Notes: generated by a model not told the origin, from the sequence alone. DNA of 64,000 bases from Rhodothermales bacterium (GCA_965232485.1 OZ246975.1:2027246-2091245), one strand, 5' to 3'; positions 45,211 through 56,656 are shown, counted from the stretch's first letter. Numbers and translations: made by a program.

Positions 45211-45239
45211 TTGACGTACAATTCCAAAGGCCGTATATT
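45211..45239 (+). promoter_or_regulatory. sigma70-like promoter candidate upstream of rplM (TTGACG-17 nt-TATATT)
   Basis: TTGACG at 45211-45216, a 17-nt spacer, TATATT at 45234-45239. This implies a ~160-nt leader before the rplM ATG. Confidence 0.45.
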
Positions 45240-45403
45240 ACTTGGCTACGATGATTCGTAACGAACGACTTCGTCGTCAGGGGCGTCTGGACACTCCAGT
45301 GGAATGATTCGACGCCGTGAAACCGCCTTGATCGATACCTGCGCGGGAGCATCAGGCATGTAATGATGTGCTGCGTTATCAGGTAAGTTAAATAAATTTA
45401 GTC

Positions 45404-45865
45404 ATGGATGCGAACACTTTCAAAACTTATTCTGCAAGGCCGAACGACATTGATCGCGCCTGGTACGTCATCGACGCCCGGGACCAGATCGTAGGCCGGC
45501 TTGCGTCGCGCATCGCCGCTGTGCTGCGCGGAAAGCATAACCCGCGATTCACGCCCCATCTCGACACCGGCGACTTCGTGATTGTCGTCAATGCGGACAA
45601 GGTCCGCCTGACCGGCAACAAGGAAACGGCGAAGGAGTACTTCCGTCACACCGGGTATCCGGGCGGCGAACGATTCGCGACGCCCGCGGAAATGCGCGCC
45701 TCCAAACCGGAGTTCATCGTGCGCAACGCGGTTCGGGGAATGATGCCGAAAGGCCCCCTTGGGCGCCAGATGCTTAAAAAACTTAAGGTGTACGCCGGTT
45801 CGGAGCACCCGCACGCCGCACAGCAACCCAAAGAGCTCGCCTTGCAGCCCGGCTACCAAACGTGA
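45404..45865 (+). CDS. rplM: 50S ribosomal protein L13
   Basis: [28 protein letters not shown]... Confidence 0.95.
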   Translation: MDANTFKTYSARPNDIDRAWYVIDARDQIVGRLASRIAAVLRGKHNPRFTPHLDTGDFVIVVNADKVRLTGNKETAKEYFRHTGYPGGERFATPAEMRASKPEFIVRNAVRGMMPKGPLGRQMLKKLKVYAGSEHPHAAQQPKELALQPGYQT

Positions 45866-45866
45866 A

Positions 45867-45892
45867 ATGTCCTTTTTCAGGACATATTTATT
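45867..45892 (+). terminator. hairpin plus T-rich tail immediately after the rplM stop
   Basis: ATGTCCT-ttttc-AGGACAT (7-bp perfect stem) followed by ATTTATT. Confidence 0.4.
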
Positions 45893-46030
45893 CGAGGAAA
45901 ATCTTCTTGAACCCCTGGACGCCTAAAAAATTTAACCTCCCTTGCGGGCCGCCTTATTTTTATTTGGAAGGACGCTCCGAAGGGTGCACTCCGTATCCCC
46001 TGTAACCAGCGAAAACGACGAACCTATTTC

Positions 46031-46426
46031 ATGGCAGGACCCGTTCAGCATATCGCCGTCGGCCGACGGAAAACATCCACCGCGCGCGTTTACCTGCGCG
46101 CCGGAAACGGCCAAGTGACGATCAACCGTCGTTCCCACGAAGAGTATTTTCCGCTCGACTGGCGACGCAAGGTCATCTTCCAGCCCTTTGAAGCGACCGG
46201 CACCACCGGACAATTCGACGTATTGGTCAACGCAAAAGGCGGAGGCTTGACCGGACAGGTCGAGGCGATTCGCCTCGGCATTGCTCGCGCGCTGGTCGAT
46301 TTTGACGAAGAGTTCAAAAAACCTCTTCGCGACGCAGGCTTGCTCACGCGGGACGACCGCATGGTGGAACGCAAGAAGTACGGTCGTCCGAAGGCGCGCA
46401 AGCGGTTCCAGTTCAGCAAGCGGTAA
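46031..46426 (+). CDS. rpsI: 30S ribosomal protein S9
   Basis: The C-terminus ...RKKYGRPKARKRFQFSKR is diagnostic. Confidence 0.95.
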   Translation: MAGPVQHIAVGRRKTSTARVYLRAGNGQVTINRRSHEEYFPLDWRRKVIFQPFEATGTTGQFDVLVNAKGGGLTGQVEAIRLGIARALVDFDEEFKKPLRDAGLLTRDDRMVERKKYGRPKARKRFQFSKR

Positions 46427-46558
46427 CGCAGGCGACGAACAAACCGTAATTTTTTAATCACGCATACCGCCTGACATGCAACAGGGTGGCCGGGAAGCCG
46501 GTCATGTTTCATGCGAGACGGCGGTAGAGGAACAAACCCGGCGTATTACGCCCTTTTC

Positions 46559-47338
46559 ATGAGCGAAACGACACCCGCAACACCCGCCCCTGCGCCCGAA
46601 GCAGCGCCTGCTGGAGACCAGGTCGGCGTTGAACAACTTCTCAAGGCAGGCACCCACTTCGGGCATCTCACGTCCCGCTGGAATCCGAAGATGAAGAAAT
46701 ACATCTTCATGCAGCGGAACAACATCCACATTATCGACCTGATGCAAACGCAGGCCCTGCTGAACGCCGCGGCGGAAGCGGCGGCCCGGTTTGCGCGTCT
46801 GGGCAAATCGATTCTCTTCGTGGCCACGAAAAAGCAGGCGAGGGAAGCCGTCCGTTCCTATGCGGAATCGTGCGATTCCCCCTATGTGGTCGAACGCTGG
46901 CTGGGCGGTACGCTGACGAATTTCCAGACCATTCGCGGGAGTATCCGGCGCATGGACGAACTGGCCCGGTTCGAAGAAGACGAATCGTTTCAGACGCTCA
47001 AGAAAAAGGAACGGCTGATGCACAGCCGCGAACGCGAAAAACTCGTGAAGGTGTTGAGCGGCATCGCCGCCATGCCGCGCTTGCCCGGCGCCACGTTCAT
47101 CGTGGACATCAACCGGGAGCACATTGCCGTCAAGGAAGCGCGCAAACTCGGCATACCGATCATCGCCATGATCGATACGAACTGCGACCCGGAACTGGTG
47201 GATTATCCGATCCCGGCCAACGACGACGCACTCAAGTCGATCCGGCTTGTTACTTCCGTCATCGCCGATGCGGTGAACGAAGGCAAGCGCGCAAAAGAAA
47301 CCAAAGACGCCCATCAGGACCAAAAGCGGAAATCCTGA
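46559..47338 (+). CDS. rpsB: 30S ribosomal protein S2
   Basis: [24 protein letters not shown]. Start at the internal ATG, 46559. Confidence 0.95.
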   Translation: MSETTPATPAPAPEAAPAGDQVGVEQLLKAGTHFGHLTSRWNPKMKKYIFMQRNNIHIIDLMQTQALLNAAAEAAARFARLGKSILFVATKKQAREAVRSYAESCDSPYVVERWLGGTLTNFQTIRGSIRRMDELARFEEDESFQTLKKKERLMHSREREKLVKVLSGIAAMPRLPGATFIVDINREHIAVKEARKLGIPIIAMIDTNCDPELVDYPIPANDDALKSIRLVTSVIADAVNEGKRAKETKDAHQDQKRKS

Positions 47339-47402
47339 CGAATCGACGATCCTGCGCGGATCGTTGCCTCCAGAGAATTCTGTCTGCAATACAAAAAAGA
47401 CC

Positions 47403-48233
47403 ATGAAGATAACGGCAGCCGACGTCAAAAAACTCCGTGAGATTACGGGCGTCGGCATGATGGACTGCAAAAAAGCGCTCCAGGAAGCGAACGGCGACCT
47501 GGAGGCCGCGGTAGATATTCTGCGCAAAAAAGGCCAGAAGGTCGCGGAGAAACGCGCCTCCCGGGAAGCCAACGAGGGACTCGTGGCGGCGGCGCTTTCC
47601 GACGACGGAAAGCAAGGCGCGCTCCTGGAATTGAACTGCGAAACCGACTTTGTCGCGCGGAACGAGGAATTCAGACAACTGGCCGACGCACTGGTCCGGG
47701 TAGCGCTGGACCAGGCGCTCGCCAGCAAGGAAACGTTGTTGGGCGTCGAGTTTGCGGCGGGACAGACCGTGGAGCAAGCGCTGATAGAGGCCACGGGTAA
47801 AATCGGCGAAAAAATCGCGGTGCGGCGGGCGGCCTTCCTCGAAAGCGAGGATGGTCGCATCGTTTCCTATATTCATCCGGGGTCCCGCCTTGGCGTCCTG
47901 GTGGAGATGTACGGAAACGGACAGGTGGAAAACGCCGGAACCGACGTCGCCATGCAGGTGGCCGCCATGAATCCGATCGCCGCCACAAAAGACGATGTTC
48001 CCGAAAGCGTGAAGGAAAAAGAGCTGGAGATTGCCCGGGAATCCGCCCGAAACGAAGGCAAGCCGGATCACATTATCGACCGAATCGCCCACGGCAAGCT
48101 GGAGCGGTACTTCAAGGATCATGTGCTGGTGGAACAGCCGTTCGTCAAAGATTCCTCAATGAGCGTAAAGGCCATGCTGCAAAACGCGGAAGCCGGAGTA
48201 CGTCAGTTCGTCCGGTTTGCTCTGGGAGAATAA
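47403..48233 (+). CDS. tsf: elongation factor Ts
   Basis: [44 protein letters not shown]. Start at the internal ATG, 47403. Confidence 0.95.
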   Translation: MKITAADVKKLREITGVGMMDCKKALQEANGDLEAAVDILRKKGQKVAEKRASREANEGLVAAALSDDGKQGALLELNCETDFVARNEEFRQLADALVRVALDQALASKETLLGVEFAAGQTVEQALIEATGKIGEKIAVRRAAFLESEDGRIVSYIHPGSRLGVLVEMYGNGQVENAGTDVAMQVAAMNPIAATKDDVPESVKEKELEIARESARNEGKPDHIIDRIAHGKLERYFKDHVLVEQPFVKDSSMSVKAMLQNAEAGVRQFVRFALGE

Positions 48234-48258
48234 TCTCCTGACCCTGGTCCCTGAAACC

Positions 48259-49068
48259 ATGGCAAGCGACACGCATCGGATCGCATACAAGCGCATCCTG
48301 CTAAAACTTAGCGGGGAAGCGTTGCTGGGCGCCCGGACATACGGCATTGACCCTGAAGTCCTTGCCGGATATGCGCGCGAAATCGAAGCCGTCATGGAGC
48401 GCGGAGTCGAGATGGCTATCGTAATCGGCGGCGGCAATATTTTTCGCGGCGTTCGCACCACCCATGCCGGCATGACCCGCGCGCACGCCGATTACATGGG
48501 CATGCTGGCCACGATGATCAATGCTATGGCGTTGCAAGACGCCCTGGAGCAGACGGGCCTTCAGACCCGGTTGCAATCCAGCATAAAAATGGAGGAAATC
48601 TCCGAACCGTTCATCCGGCGGCGGGCAATCCGGCATCTGGAAAAGGGCCGCGTGGTCATTTTTGGGGCCGGGACGGGCAATCCGTACTTTACCACCGACA
48701 CGGCGGCAGCGTTGCGGGCCCTGGAAATCGAAGCGGACGTGCTTCTGAAGGGGACCCGGGTCGAGGGCATTTTTTCGGCGGATCCCGAGACCGATCCGAA
48801 TGCAAAAATGTACGACGAAATCGCGGGCGACGAGGTGATTCGACGGGATCTGCGCATCATGGACATTACCGCCTTTACCCTCTGCCGGGAATCGGAATTG
48901 CCCATTCTGGTGTTCAATATGAACAAACCAGGCAATCTGGACCATATTGTTTCAGGCGAGCGTATCGGCACCGTCGTGCACTGGAGCGAAAAACCCGGGG
49001 AGGCCCCTGAGAACACGCGGCGGCGTCCAGAAACGAAAGCACGCTCCTTCACACAAGTCGAGCCATGA
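48259..49068 (+). CDS. pyrH: UMP kinase
   Basis: [13 protein letters not shown]...[10 protein letters not shown]. It carries a ~30-aa basic C-terminal extension, and its stop overlaps the frr start (ATGA). Confidence 0.9.
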   Translation: MASDTHRIAYKRILLKLSGEALLGARTYGIDPEVLAGYAREIEAVMERGVEMAIVIGGGNIFRGVRTTHAGMTRAHADYMGMLATMINAMALQDALEQTGLQTRLQSSIKMEEISEPFIRRRAIRHLEKGRVVIFGAGTGNPYFTTDTAAALRALEIEADVLLKGTRVEGIFSADPETDPNAKMYDEIAGDEVIRRDLRIMDITAFTLCRESELPILVFNMNKPGNLDHIVSGERIGTVVHWSEKPGEAPENTRRRPETKARSFTQVEP

Positions 49069-49634
49069 TCAACGAGCGCCTCAAGGACCTCTTGAAAGAG
49101 GTCGAAGAACACATGGAGAAAAGCCTCGAATGGTTGCAAGGCGAGCTGCACGCCATCCGGGCGGGACGCGCCTCGCCAGCCATGATCGACAAAATCCGGG
49201 TGGACTATTACGGCGCGCAAACGCCGCTCAACCAGATTGCAACGATCGGCGCGCCGCAGCCCGACCTGCTCACCGTGCAACCATGGGATCGCGGCGCGCT
49301 CGAAGCCATCGAAAAAAGCATTATGGCGTCGAACATGGGGTTTAATCCGTCGAACGATGGCGCTATGATTCGCATCCCGGTCCCGCCGCTGTCGGAAGAA
49401 CGGCGTCGAGACCTTGTCAAAGCGGCGAAAAGCCGAGGAGAAGAAGCCAAGATCGGGATTCGCAACATTCGCCGCGACGCCAAGGACAAAATGCGCAAAA
49501 TGGGCGAGGCGGAGCATATTCCGGAAGACATGCAGTTCGAAGGAGGCGAGCAACTTCAGGAACTCACGAACCGTTTTACAAGCGCCGTGGATTCGCTGAC
49601 CGCCCGCAAAGAGGAAGAGATCATGGCGGTATGA
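49065..49634 (+). CDS. frr: ribosome recycling factor
   Basis: [27 protein letters not shown]...IRNIRRDA. Confidence 0.95.
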   Translation: MINERLKDLLKEVEEHMEKSLEWLQGELHAIRAGRASPAMIDKIRVDYYGAQTPLNQIATIGAPQPDLLTVQPWDRGALEAIEKSIMASNMGFNPSNDGAMIRIPVPPLSEERRRDLVKAAKSRGEEAKIGIRNIRRDAKDKMRKMGEAEHIPEDMQFEGGEQLQELTNRFTSAVDSLTARKEEEIMAV

Positions 49635-49700
49635 TCCGGTCTCGCATCCCGAAACGAACGCCGGGGTCCTGCAATTAAGGACGCGCGTTTACCATATCCT

Positions 49701-49791
<91 letters not shown>

Positions 49792-49831
49792 CTGTTTCCC
49801 CGGCTGAACCGTCCCGCTAACCCTTGCCCCC

Positions 49832-50716
49832 ATGATAAACAGCATGACCGGTTTCGGTCTTGGCGAAGCGGAGGTAAACGGCACGGTATCGACGGTCGAA
49901 CTTCGGTCGACCAACAATCGGTTCTGCGAGGTGTCGGTGCGCCTGCCGCGCAGTCTGAGCGAATACGAATCGGAAGTGCAGGCCCGCATCCGGAAGCGCT
50001 TTGCGCGGGGTCGGATCACGGCGCACATTCAGGTCGAGACCGATGCCGAAGAATCCGGCGGCGCCCTCTGGATAAACCCCGAAAGCGTACGGAAGTGCAT
50101 GGAAATGCTCCAGGCCGCGCGCGAAGCCGCCGGACTAACCGAACCGGTGCAACTCGAACATCTGCTAACGTATTCCGATATTTTTCAGACGAAAGCCGAA
50201 TCGCCGGAGGCAACGACCCAGGAATGGAATGCCTCGGAGCAGGCGCTCGACAAGGCGATAGCCAACCTGCAAGCCTTGCGCCGCCTTGAAGGAGACGCCA
50301 TCCTGAACGATATGGAGCAGCGGCTACAAGCGATCGGACGGCTACTGGAACAGGTCGAATCCCTGGCTCCCGCGCGCGTCGAAAACGCACGCGAGCGATT
50401 GCGGGAACGGCTTGCCGAAATGCTTGAGGATCACCGCATCGACCCCCATCGCCTGGAACTGGAAATCGCCATCCTGGCCGAACGGCTGGACATTACGGAA
50501 GAATGCGTACGCCTGCAATCGCACCTGAATCTGTTCCGGCAGAGCCTTGCAAGCGAGCATGCGGAAGGGCGCAAGCTTAACTTTATCGCGCAGGAAATAC
50601 ACCGCGAAGTAAACACGCTTGGCGCCAAATCCGGAGATACGGCGATCGCCAGCCTTGCCGTCGCCATGAAGGACGAACTCGAAAAAATTCGCGAGCAAGT
50701 ACAAAACGTGGAATGA
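49832..50716 (+). CDS. yicC: YicC family protein
   Basis: MINSMTGFG... N-terminus and the C-terminal EIHREVNTLGAKS motif. Confidence 0.85.
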   Translation: MINSMTGFGLGEAEVNGTVSTVELRSTNNRFCEVSVRLPRSLSEYESEVQARIRKRFARGRITAHIQVETDAEESGGALWINPESVRKCMEMLQAAREAAGLTEPVQLEHLLTYSDIFQTKAESPEATTQEWNASEQALDKAIANLQALRRLEGDAILNDMEQRLQAIGRLLEQVESLAPARVENARERLRERLAEMLEDHRIDPHRLELEIAILAERLDITEECVRLQSHLNLFRQSLASEHAEGRKLNFIAQEIHREVNTLGAKSGDTAIASLAVAMKDELEKIREQVQNVE

Positions 50717-51294
50717 ACAACCCCGACCAAGTCCCGCGCCTCGTGGTGCTCACAGCGCCAAGCGGTTCCGGAAAAACGACCATCGCCAACCAGATCATGG
50801 CCAAAATACCGGGTTTCCGTTTCTCGGTATCGGCCACCACGCGGCCCCGGCGCCCTGACGAAGAGGACGGCAAGCATTATCGCTTCATCTCGCATCAGGA
50901 GTTTCAGGCCCTCATCCACTCCGGCGAGATGCTGGAACACGAAGAAGTATACCCCGGACGCCTGTATGGAACCCTGCGATCCGAACTGGACGGCGCCAGC
51001 GCAGAACATCCGGTTTTGCTCGATATCGACATTGAAGGCGCATTCAGAATTAAAAAAATCTATGGGAAGAATGCGCTTATCGTCTTTATTCGCCCGCCGT
51101 CCATGCGGGAACTTGAGCGACGCCTTAAGGAACGCGCCACGGAAAACGAAGAGACCATTCGAATCCGACTCGACCGGGCGCGCAAGGAGATAGAAGCCGC
51201 CGTACGGCAGGCGGACAAGGTGATCGAAAATGACGATATCGAACGCGCCGTCAAGGAAACCTTGCGCGTAGTACGACGGTTTATCAAAGATTGA
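50713..51294 (+). CDS. gmk: guanylate kinase
   Basis: VVLTAPSGSGKTT P-loop and SATTRPRRPDE. Confidence 0.9.
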   Translation: MNNPDQVPRLVVLTAPSGSGKTTIANQIMAKIPGFRFSVSATTRPRRPDEEDGKHYRFISHQEFQALIHSGEMLEHEEVYPGRLYGTLRSELDGASAEHPVLLDIDIEGAFRIKKIYGKNALIVFIRPPSMRELERRLKERATENEETIRIRLDRARKEIEAAVRQADKVIENDDIERAVKETLRVVRRFIKD

Positions 51295-51332
51295 CGTACG
51301 GAATTTCTGAACATGCAGACAGGGCCTGACCA

Positions 51333-51650
51333 ATGGCAATGAAAACCATAGATATTGAAAATCTCACGGCGCAGAGCGACAATGCGTATGAAACCGTCGT
51401 GGTGCTCTCGAAGCGCGCTCGGCAAGTAGCCGCCCGACAAAAGGCGGATCTGGACGAAAAACTGGCGTACTACGAAGGGTTTACGTCCGATGTGGAAAAT
51501 ATCCGGATTCAGGAAGAACAGGCTCGCATATCGCTGGAATACGAAAAGCGGCCCAAACCCGCTGAGGTCGCGATCTCAGAACTTGAGCAAAGCGAGATTT
51601 ACTTCCGTTATCCTGAAACAGAAGACCTGTCAGAAGCATTTCCGGATTGA
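51333..51650 (+). CDS. rpoZ: DNA-directed RNA polymerase omega subunit
   Basis: NAYETVVVLSKRARQV motif, in the position after gmk. Confidence 0.8.
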   Translation: MAMKTIDIENLTAQSDNAYETVVVLSKRARQVAARQKADLDEKLAYYEGFTSDVENIRIQEEQARISLEYEKRPKPAEVAISELEQSEIYFRYPETEDLSEAFPD

Positions 51651-51697
51651 GCGAGCGCCTGCGCGGCGCCAATCACTCCGGGCCTTTCGGTAAACGC

Positions 51698-52963
51698 ATG
51701 ACGCCCAGCCAGCCATACGCCGAAATGCGCGGGCGGCATATTCTGCTCGGCGTAACCGGGGGCATTGCGGCGTACAAATCCGTCGAACTGGTGCGGCTCC
51801 TCAAGAAAGCAGGCGCCGACGTACAAGTCCTGATGACGCCGGACGCCGCGCGCTTCGTCACGCCGTTGACGCTGGGGACCGTTTCGGGGCGTCCTGTCCT
51901 TACAGACCTGTTTTCCGAGGCGGAAGACGGAGCCTGGACTCGACACATTACGCTTGGGCATTGGGCGGACCTTCTGGTCGTTGCCCCGGCGACGGCGCAA
52001 ACGCTGGCCAAAATGGCGGGGGGGTTCTGTGACAATATGCTCACCGCCACAGTGCTTGCCGCCCGGCGTCCGATTCTCGTATGCCCGGCCATGGACGAGG
52101 ATATGCTGGTTCATCCGGCCACGCAGCGCAACCTGGACGCGCTTCGGTCCTATGGCTATTTCGTGGCGCCGACAGCCTACGGCCCGCTTGCAAGCGGATT
52201 GACGGGACAGGGCCGCTTGCCGGAACCGGAAGAAATCGTGCAGCACATCCGGGAGGCGCTTGCAACAAACCCGGACGCTCGCCCGGCGCATTCCCACGCG
52301 GAAAACGGCCTTCTGCAAAACAAGCATGTGCTCGTAACGGCGGGACCTACCCGGGAACATGTAGACCCGGTCCGCTTCCTCAGCAATCCCTCGTCGGGCA
52401 AAATGGGCTTTGCGCTCGCGGAAGCGGCCGCCCGGCGAGGCGCCAACGTCACGCTGGTTTGCGGTCCGTCGCGCCTCGACACGCCCGCTCATGTGCAGCG
52501 AATCGACGTGGAAAGCGCCGAAGAAATGCACGATGCGGTCATGGCGCATGGCACGGCCGATATTGTGATTATGGCGGCAGCGGTCGCAGATTACGCGCCG
52601 AAAGAACGCGCCGCGCAAAAAATAAAAAAGAGAAACGGCGAAATGGCGTTGCACTTGCGACGCACGGCGGATATTCTCTATGCATTGCAACAACAACGGG
52701 CCGAGGGGCAACTCCTCGTGGGATTTGCCCTGGAAACCAACGATGGCCTGGAAAACGCGCGCAAAAAGCTCCGCGACAAGAACATCGACTGGATCGTACT
52801 CAACATGATTGCCGAGGGATCGGGGTTCGAGGCGGAAACGAATCGAATCACATTGCTGAACCGAAATGGCCACGAGGAAGCGCTGCCCATGCTGAGCAAG
52901 CGGGAAACCGCCGAAATCATTCTGAATCGCATTACGTCCACGCAGGACCGGACGGCGGCGTAA
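51698..52963 (+). CDS. coaBC: bifunctional phosphopantothenoylcysteine decarboxylase / phosphopantothenate-cysteine ligase
   Basis: [13 protein letters not shown] flavoprotein motif and the C-terminal CoaB half ([26 protein letters not shown]). The track ORF starts at TTG 51647; ATG 51698 was chosen. Confidence 0.9.
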   Translation: MTPSQPYAEMRGRHILLGVTGGIAAYKSVELVRLLKKAGADVQVLMTPDAARFVTPLTLGTVSGRPVLTDLFSEAEDGAWTRHITLGHWADLLVVAPATAQTLAKMAGGFCDNMLTATVLAARRPILVCPAMDEDMLVHPATQRNLDALRSYGYFVAPTAYGPLASGLTGQGRLPEPEEIVQHIREALATNPDARPAHSHAENGLLQNKHVLVTAGPTREHVDPVRFLSNPSSGKMGFALAEAAARRGANVTLVCGPSRLDTPAHVQRIDVESAEEMHDAVMAHGTADIVIMAAAVADYAPKERAAQKIKKRNGEMALHLRRTADILYALQQQRAEGQLLVGFALETNDGLENARKKLRDKNIDWIVLNMIAEGSGFEAETNRITLLNRNGHEEALPMLSKRETAEIILNRITSTQDRTAA

Positions 52964-53029
52964 CGAGGCGGCGAGACCTGCTCCAGAACCGACCCCGACT
53001 CTACGACGGCGTATGACTTCTTCCCGACA

Positions 53030-53899
53030 ATGTCCCTGCTTCGCGAACTGAAAACCATTCTTGAGCACGAACAGCGGCTAAGCGGGCCGCTCGCGCCACT
53101 CCCCCATGCCGTCGGGCAAGCAGCGCAGGACGCGCCGCCGAGCGAGCATGTCCCTCTGGAAACGACCCGGCAATCTGCTGCTCCGGCCCCCGTCCACAGA
53201 GGCGCGCCGCCCGAAAACACGAACGACGGTTTGTTCGGAGATGGGAGCGGGGCGAGACAGCGCGGCGGAGACAACCCGTCGCCCTATGCACGCATTCATG
53301 GGCTGATTCCGACGCAATCCCCGCTGCGCGAGATGAATACGCTGGACGAAGTCGAAGCCTTCGTGCGCGACACGGAGCTGATCGCCCTCGACAAAACCCG
53401 CGCCAATCCGGTGTTCGGCACAGGAAGCCCTGAGGCAGACCTGATGGTGATTGGGGAAGCTCCCGGAGCAGACGAAGACGCTCAGGGAGAGCCTTTCGTG
53501 GGAAGGGCAGGCCAATTGCTGAACAAGATTCTGAAGGCTATCGATTTCGAACGCAAAGAGGTCTACATCGCAAACATTCTGAAAAGCCGCCCGCCGAACA
53601 ACCGGAACCCGCTTGCCGAGGAAGTCCAGGCGCATGCCCCGATTCTCTATAAACAAATGGCGCTTATTCGACCTAAATTGCTCCTTTGCCTCGGCAAGGT
53701 CGCAGCATCCACGTTGCTGGACCGGCAGGATTCGCTGAAAGCCATGCGGCAAATTTTTCATGATTTTCATGGCCTTCCTCTGCTTGTGACCTATCATCCG
53801 GCGGCGCTGCTGCGCAATCCCGGATGGAAACGAGCCGCCTGGGAAGATGTGCAGATGCTTCGCAAACGCTACGACCAGTTGACGGGAAGCGCAGCCTGA
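53030..53899 (+). CDS. family-4 uracil-DNA glycosylase with a ~110-aa low-complexity N-terminal extension
   Basis: LMVIGEAPGADEDAQGEPFVGRAGQLL (GEAPG motif) and ...ANILKSRPPNNRNP... Confidence 0.85.
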   Translation: MSLLRELKTILEHEQRLSGPLAPLPHAVGQAAQDAPPSEHVPLETTRQSAAPAPVHRGAPPENTNDGLFGDGSGARQRGGDNPSPYARIHGLIPTQSPLREMNTLDEVEAFVRDTELIALDKTRANPVFGTGSPEADLMVIGEAPGADEDAQGEPFVGRAGQLLNKILKAIDFERKEVYIANILKSRPPNNRNPLAEEVQAHAPILYKQMALIRPKLLLCLGKVAASTLLDRQDSLKAMRQIFHDFHGLPLLVTYHPAALLRNPGWKRAAWEDVQMLRKRYDQLTGSAA

Positions 53900-53915
53900 C
53901 CGTCGTTTCTGCGCC

Positions 53916-55388
53916 TTGCACGCACCCGATATGCCTGAACAGGAACTATATCCTCCGCCCATGCCGGACGCCCCCCCGCAGGAAATGCCGGACCGACATG
54001 CCGGCGGGCGCGTGCCGCCGCAAGCTGTCGACGTCGAGCAGGCCGTACTGGGAGCGATTCTTCTGGAGCAAGACGCGCTGTCGAAAAGCCTTGAGATTCT
54101 TTCCGAAAACAGTTTTTACGACGGGCGACATCGGAAAATATTCGCCGCGTTCTCGGAACTCTTCCGGAAAGGCGTTCCCGTCGATTTAATCACCTTGACG
54201 GACGAACTGCGGCGGCGCAAGGAACTCGACAAGGTGGGCGGCGCAAATTATCTGAACGAAATCTCGGCGCATATGGGCGCCGCCGCGAATGTCGAATACC
54301 ATGCCCGCATCATCGCCGAGAAGCACCTGCTTCGGAAACTGATCGAAACGACGACGCAACTCACCCGGGACGCATACGAGCCTGGGGCGGACACGTTCGA
54401 ATTGCTCGACAAGGCCGAAACAGACATTTTCAAAATTTCGAATGAGGAGATACGGCGGCCCGCGGAGAAGGTCTCGGACGTAATAAAAACCGCGATAGAA
54501 CACCTTGAGGCCATTGATGGGCGAGAAGGGGGGATAACTGGCGTGCCCAGCGGCTTTTCGAGCCTGGACCAATTAACCAGCGGCTGGCAACGATCCGACC
54601 TGATCATCATCGCTGCCCGTCCGTCCATGGGCAAAACCGCGTTTGCCTTGGCCTGCGCCCGCAATGCGGCCTTGCACAAGAATTATCCGGCGGGCGTGGC
54701 CATTTTCTCGCTTGAGATGGGCGCGGAGCAGCTGGCCCTGCGCTTGTTGACGTCGGAAGCGCGGGTCAATTCCCAGAACGCTCGCACGGGGCAAATGAAG
54801 TACGAAGATTGGTCGAAAATATCTCATGCCGCCGGAATACTGGCCCAAGCCCCCATTTTCATCGACGATACGCCGGGGCTGTCTGCTCTGGAGCTCCGCG
54901 CCAAGTGCCGCCGCCTGAAATCCGAACACGACATAGGGCTGGTGATCGTAGACTACCTGCAACTGATGCATGTGGGCGATACGAAGCAACGCTACGCGAA
55001 CCGGGAGCAGGAAATTTCGCAGATCAGCCGGTCCATGAAGGCGATGGCCAAGGAGATGGACGTGCCCGTTATCGCGCTGTCCCAGCTGAGCCGGGCCGTG
55101 GAAGCCCGGAGCGACAAGCGGCCTCAACTTTCGGATTTGCGCGAAAGCGGAGCCATCGAACAGGACGCGGATGTGGTGTGTTTTATTTATCGTCCCGAGG
55201 AATACGACATTACGACGGACAGAAATGAGAACTCCACGGAGGGCATGGCCGAAATCATTGTCGGGAAACAGCGCAACGGACCAACCGGTTCGAGGGACCT
55301 GGCCTTCGTCAAGAAATATGCGCGCTTCGCAAACCTGGCGACGCATTATCAGGACCCCCCGGAAGGAAATGGGGCCAATGTCTTCTAA
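53916..55388 (+). CDS. dnaB: replicative DNA helicase
   Basis: PPQAVDVEQAVLGAIL, Walker A ARPSMGKTAFAL, IVDYLQLM, LSQLSRAVE. Confidence 0.95.
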   Translation: MHAPDMPEQELYPPPMPDAPPQEMPDRHAGGRVPPQAVDVEQAVLGAILLEQDALSKSLEILSENSFYDGRHRKIFAAFSELFRKGVPVDLITLTDELRRRKELDKVGGANYLNEISAHMGAAANVEYHARIIAEKHLLRKLIETTTQLTRDAYEPGADTFELLDKAETDIFKISNEEIRRPAEKVSDVIKTAIEHLEAIDGREGGITGVPSGFSSLDQLTSGWQRSDLIIIAARPSMGKTAFALACARNAALHKNYPAGVAIFSLEMGAEQLALRLLTSEARVNSQNARTGQMKYEDWSKISHAAGILAQAPIFIDDTPGLSALELRAKCRRLKSEHDIGLVIVDYLQLMHVGDTKQRYANREQEISQISRSMKAMAKEMDVPVIALSQLSRAVEARSDKRPQLSDLRESGAIEQDADVVCFIYRPEEYDITTDRNENSTEGMAEIIVGKQRNGPTGSRDLAFVKKYARFANLATHYQDPPEGNGANVF

Positions 55389-55487
55389 CGCCGCCTGCGC
55401 ACAAGGACGGGAAGCCGGCGCCTGAGGAATACGCTTGTTTCATGTGGGCGAAGAGGCGCTGCGAAACGGTTTCGATCAGCGCATCCC

Positions 55488-56531
55488 TCAGAAGCCCAGC
55501 CCCCGTGCATGGAGGCGAATGCGGGCAAGGAACATGTCTGACGTAAGATACAGCGTCGACCCATCGTCGCCGAAGGCGCAGTTGGCGATCCGCTCTCCTG
55601 TGGAAATGACGCCAAGGTGTTCCCCTTCGGGCGTCAACGCCAGTACGCCGCCCGGTCCCGTAGCAAACAAATTCCCCTCCGTATCGACCGCCATGCCGTC
55701 AAAGGCGCCCACCGCCCCGTCGGCGACCAGGGCGCTGCCGTCGAAAAAGACGCGGCTGTTGGCGAGCGTTCCGTCGTCCTGCACATCGTAGGCGCGAATA
55801 ACCGGATCGTCCCCCCCGGAATTTGCGACATACAGGGTTTTTTCATCTGGCGAAAACGCGATCCCGTTCGGAAAAGGCAGTTCGTCCGTAAGCAAGGACG
55901 CCGCGCCGCTCGCATCGACGCGGTATACGCCATTAAAAGGAATCTCCTTGTCCGGGCTGTCGTTGAGACCCGCCAGTCCGTAGGGCGGATCGGTGAAATA
56001 CAAATCCCCGCTGGAATGAAAAACGAGATCGTTGGGGCTATTGAGGCGCTTGTCTTCGTAAGCGTCGACAATGGTCTCGCGCGTGAAATTCGCGGCGTCG
56101 AGGCGGGCGACTTGCCGGTTGCCATGATCGCACATCACCAGTTGGCCTGCCGCGTCCAGCGCGAGGCCGTTCGTGCCCAACTCGGCTCCCGGCGGATCGC
56201 TTCCCGCATAGCCCGCAGGCCGAAGCCAGGGCGACAGGCCGCTTTTTTCGTCCCACCGGTAGATGGTGTTCGCCGGAATGTCGGAGAAAAGAAGATAGCC
56301 CCCTTCGTCGGGAACCCAGACCGGGCCTTCCGACCACTCGAACCCCTCGGCCAGTTTTTCAATGACGGCGTCCTCGGGGACCAGCGCGTCCATCCGATCG
56401 TCCAGGCGGATCACCGTCCCGACAGATTCGGGGGCGGGACGGACGTAGATTTCCTCCTCTTCATGGGAAACGCAGCCCGCCATGGCGGCAAGCGCAAAAA
56501 AAAGGACAGGAATGCGAAGCGAGGCGAACAT
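55488..56531 (-). CDS. SMP-30/gluconolactonase/LRE-family beta-propeller lipoprotein
   Basis: Signal/lipobox MFASLRIPVLFFALAAMAGC, then EGPVW...NDLVFHSSGDLYFTDP...PNGIAFSPDEKTLYVA repeats. The track ORF extends over tRNA-Cys, so it was trimmed to ATG 56531. Confidence 0.85.
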   Translation of the reverse strand: MFASLRIPVLFFALAAMAGCVSHEEEEIYVRPAPESVGTVIRLDDRMDALVPEDAVIEKLAEGFEWSEGPVWVPDEGGYLLFSDIPANTIYRWDEKSGLSPWLRPAGYAGSDPPGAELGTNGLALDAAGQLVMCDHGNRQVARLDAANFTRETIVDAYEDKRLNSPNDLVFHSSGDLYFTDPPYGLAGLNDSPDKEIPFNGVYRVDASGAASLLTDELPFPNGIAFSPDEKTLYVANSGGDDPVIRAYDVQDDGTLANSRVFFDGSALVADGAVGAFDGMAVDTEGNLFATGPGGVLALTPEGEHLGVISTGERIANCAFGDDGSTLYLTSDMFLARIRLHARGLGF

Positions 56532-56585
56532 GGCTTTCTCTGGAAAACAAGCGGACGACAGGCGCGGGATTGCCTGTGCTCTGTG

Positions 56586-56656
56586 AGGTGACGGGCGGAC
56601 TCGAACCGCCGTACAAGGTTTTGCAGACCTTTGCCTAACCACTCGGCCACGTCACC
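56586..56656 (-). tRNA. tRNA-Cys (anticodon GCA)
   Basis: The reverse complement folds with acceptor GGTGACG/CGTCACC, anticodon stem AAGGT/ACCTT, loop CTGCAAA and T-loop TTCGAGT. 71 nt. Confidence 0.8.
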
